DNA from: an uncultured virus (IMG/VR IMGVR_UViG_2061766007_000756)
Taxonomy: Duplodnaviria > Heunggongvirae > Uroviricota > Caudoviricetes
IMG/VR virus record: IMGVR_UViG_2061766007_000756
Direction: 5' to 3' (one strand)
Length of the DNA stretch: 46,520 nt
Position numbers and translations under genes: made by a program
The notes under the pieces: generated by a model
The model's input: only the letters and a program-made list of their open reading frames with translations
Database searches by the model: none
Told to the model about the DNA's origin: nothing
In this document: positions 45,237-46,520 of the stretch, piece after piece
How the letters are laid out: each line of letters opens with the position of its first letter
Position numbering within the stretch: position 1 is the stretch's first letter

Positions 45237-46037
45237 ATGGCTACTAGTATTATTCCTACTACTAGTTATGTAAAGTTTTTACGTGGTACTCCTAGTGCTT
45301 ATCAAAATTTAACTCCAAAAGATCCAAATACTTTATATTATGTGTATGAACAAAACGCAGATCATGGTGTTTTATATCTAGGTGAAAGATTAATTAGTGG
45401 CAGTGTAACTAGCGCAACAACACTTAGTCAATTAACTGATGTTGTCATTGGCGCAGGTATAGTTGAAGGTTCTCTTCTGGTCTATGATGGTACACGATGG
45501 GTTAATCGATCTTTAGCCGATATATTAGAAATTATTGTTGGCACTATGGTTGGTGCAACCGCTAATGCCGATGGCGAAGCGGGTATCGTTCCAATGCCAC
45601 ATGCTGGTGATCAAAATAAATATTTACGAGGAGATGGCACTTGGGCAAATCCAACTGCTGCTCTTGAAGTAACTGTTGGTAATCTTTCTACTCAAGTTGG
45701 TACATTAATTAATAATGATATTAATAAAAGCGTAAGAGAAATTGCTGCAGAAGAAGTAGCCAAAACTGTTGGTGGTGCTTCTGACGCTTTTGACACCTTA
45801 AAAGAAATTGAAGACTGGATTAATCTCCATCCAGTTTCTTCAGATCTAGCGGCTAGNNNNNNNNNNNNNNNNNNNNNNNNNNNNNNNNNNNNNNNNNNNN
45901 NNNNNGCGGCAGAAAGTAATTTAGCAAGTGTTAATACAAGAGTTGTTAGTTTACAAACTGCTCAAAATAATATGAACATAAGACTTACTAATGTCGAAGA
46001 CGCATTAGTATGGAAGAATATGGTTGAAACGGATTAA
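45237..46037 (+). CDS. Tail fibre-like protein
   Basis: VKFLRGT N-terminal motif, LSQLTDV, KYLRGDGTW, FDTLKEIEDWI and a C-terminal coiled coil, all typical of fibre/collar proteins. Confidence 0.65.
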   Translation: MATSIIPTTSYVKFLRGTPSAYQNLTPKDPNTLYYVYEQNADHGVLYLGERLISGSVTSATTLSQLTDVVIGAGIVEGSLLVYDGTRWVNRSLADILEIIVGTMVGATANADGEAGIVPMPHAGDQNKYLRGDGTWANPTAALEVTVGNLSTQVGTLINNDINKSVREIAAEEVAKTVGGASDAFDTLKEIEDWINLHPVSSDLAAXXXXXXXXXXXXXXXXXAAESNLASVNTRVVSLQTAQNNMNIRLTNVEDALVWKNMVETD

Positions 46038-46061
46038 AAATAATATAGGAGGAAAATAAAA

Positions 46062-46459
46062 ATGGCTAATAGTACTTCAGTGGTTGTACAAGGCGATAAA
46101 CTTGGTTTTAAAGTTGGTCCACAGTCATCGGTTAATACCATGCTTGCGGCCGGCGCAAACGCGGGTGCGACTCCGGGTTATTTTTATTTGACAGACGACG
46201 AGCATAGATTATATGTTGGTAATCATGACGGGTCTTTGTCTCCTGTTAATCAAGGTGTAACATTTGTACAATATGTAAACCAATTACCAGTAGGCGGAAC
46301 TCAAAATGGTCCTGCATGGTCAGCCTTACAAGGACAATTCTATTATGTCCAAGAAGATAATATTCTATGCGTATGTTCTGATGATAAATGGGTTCAAATT
46401 AACCCAGATACATATTTAAAAGCCAATCAAGGCGGAGCTATTGCTGGCGCCCTTACTAC
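46062..46459 (+). CDS. Fibre-like protein, partial
   Basis: AGGAGG RBS. MANSTSVVVQGDKLGFKVG...GYFYLTDDEHRLYVG...GQFYYVQEDNILC...WVQINPDT, running into a gap near the window end. Confidence 0.65.
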
Positions 46460-46520
46460 NNNNNNNNNNGACGAGTATTTAGAATTACTCCCTCGGAGCT
46501 CAACCCCACTAAAGTACTGG

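Noticed and set aside
1428..46470. Apparent frameshifts within genes (e.g. 1500, 18280, 31782, 36410)
   Set aside because: All coincide with N runs of uncertain length, so they are scaffold artefacts.
1..46520. Suppressor tRNA, CRISPR array, DGR, integrase or lysis genes
   Set aside because: None recognised by eye: intergenic spaces are short, and no repeat-spacer pattern or reverse transcriptase was seen. The duplicates are not adenine-specific variants. Such elements may lie in gaps or outside the window.

Overview
The window is the morphogenesis (late) region of a large, AT-rich tailed phage, probably a siphovirus of Firmicutes/Bacillota (AGGAGG-type RBSs, near-consensus sigmaA promoters). 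It comes from a gappy scaffold with many N runs. Almost everything is on the + strand, in this order: putative regulator, small and large terminase, PD-(D/E)xK nuclease, portal, protease/scaffold, decoration protein, major capsid, neck genes, tail tube, chaperones, ~10 kb tape measure, a ~7.9 kb tail protein, distal-tail/baseplate genes and fibre-like genes. The standard-code ORF track is fragmented because the phage reads TAG as a sense codon, most likely Gln (code 15). Genes continue in frame through TAG, and every visible true end is TAA or TGA. Other notable signals are: (i) a programmed -1 frameshift (G GGA AAC plus hairpin) adding ~130 aa to the major capsid protein, conserved in a second allele trapped in the scaffold; (ii) a C-terminal Hint (intein-like) domain with Val at +1 on the giant tail protein; (iii) a thrice-repeated, fixed-spacing motif that may be a phage late promoter; (iv) uneven TAG use, with high-copy and host-promoter genes TAG-free; (v) a shared 12-aa C-terminal motif in two proteins. 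No tRNA, CRISPR array, integrase or lysis gene was recognised. Product calls rest on motifs and synteny only, with no database search. Coordinates spanning N gaps are approximate.
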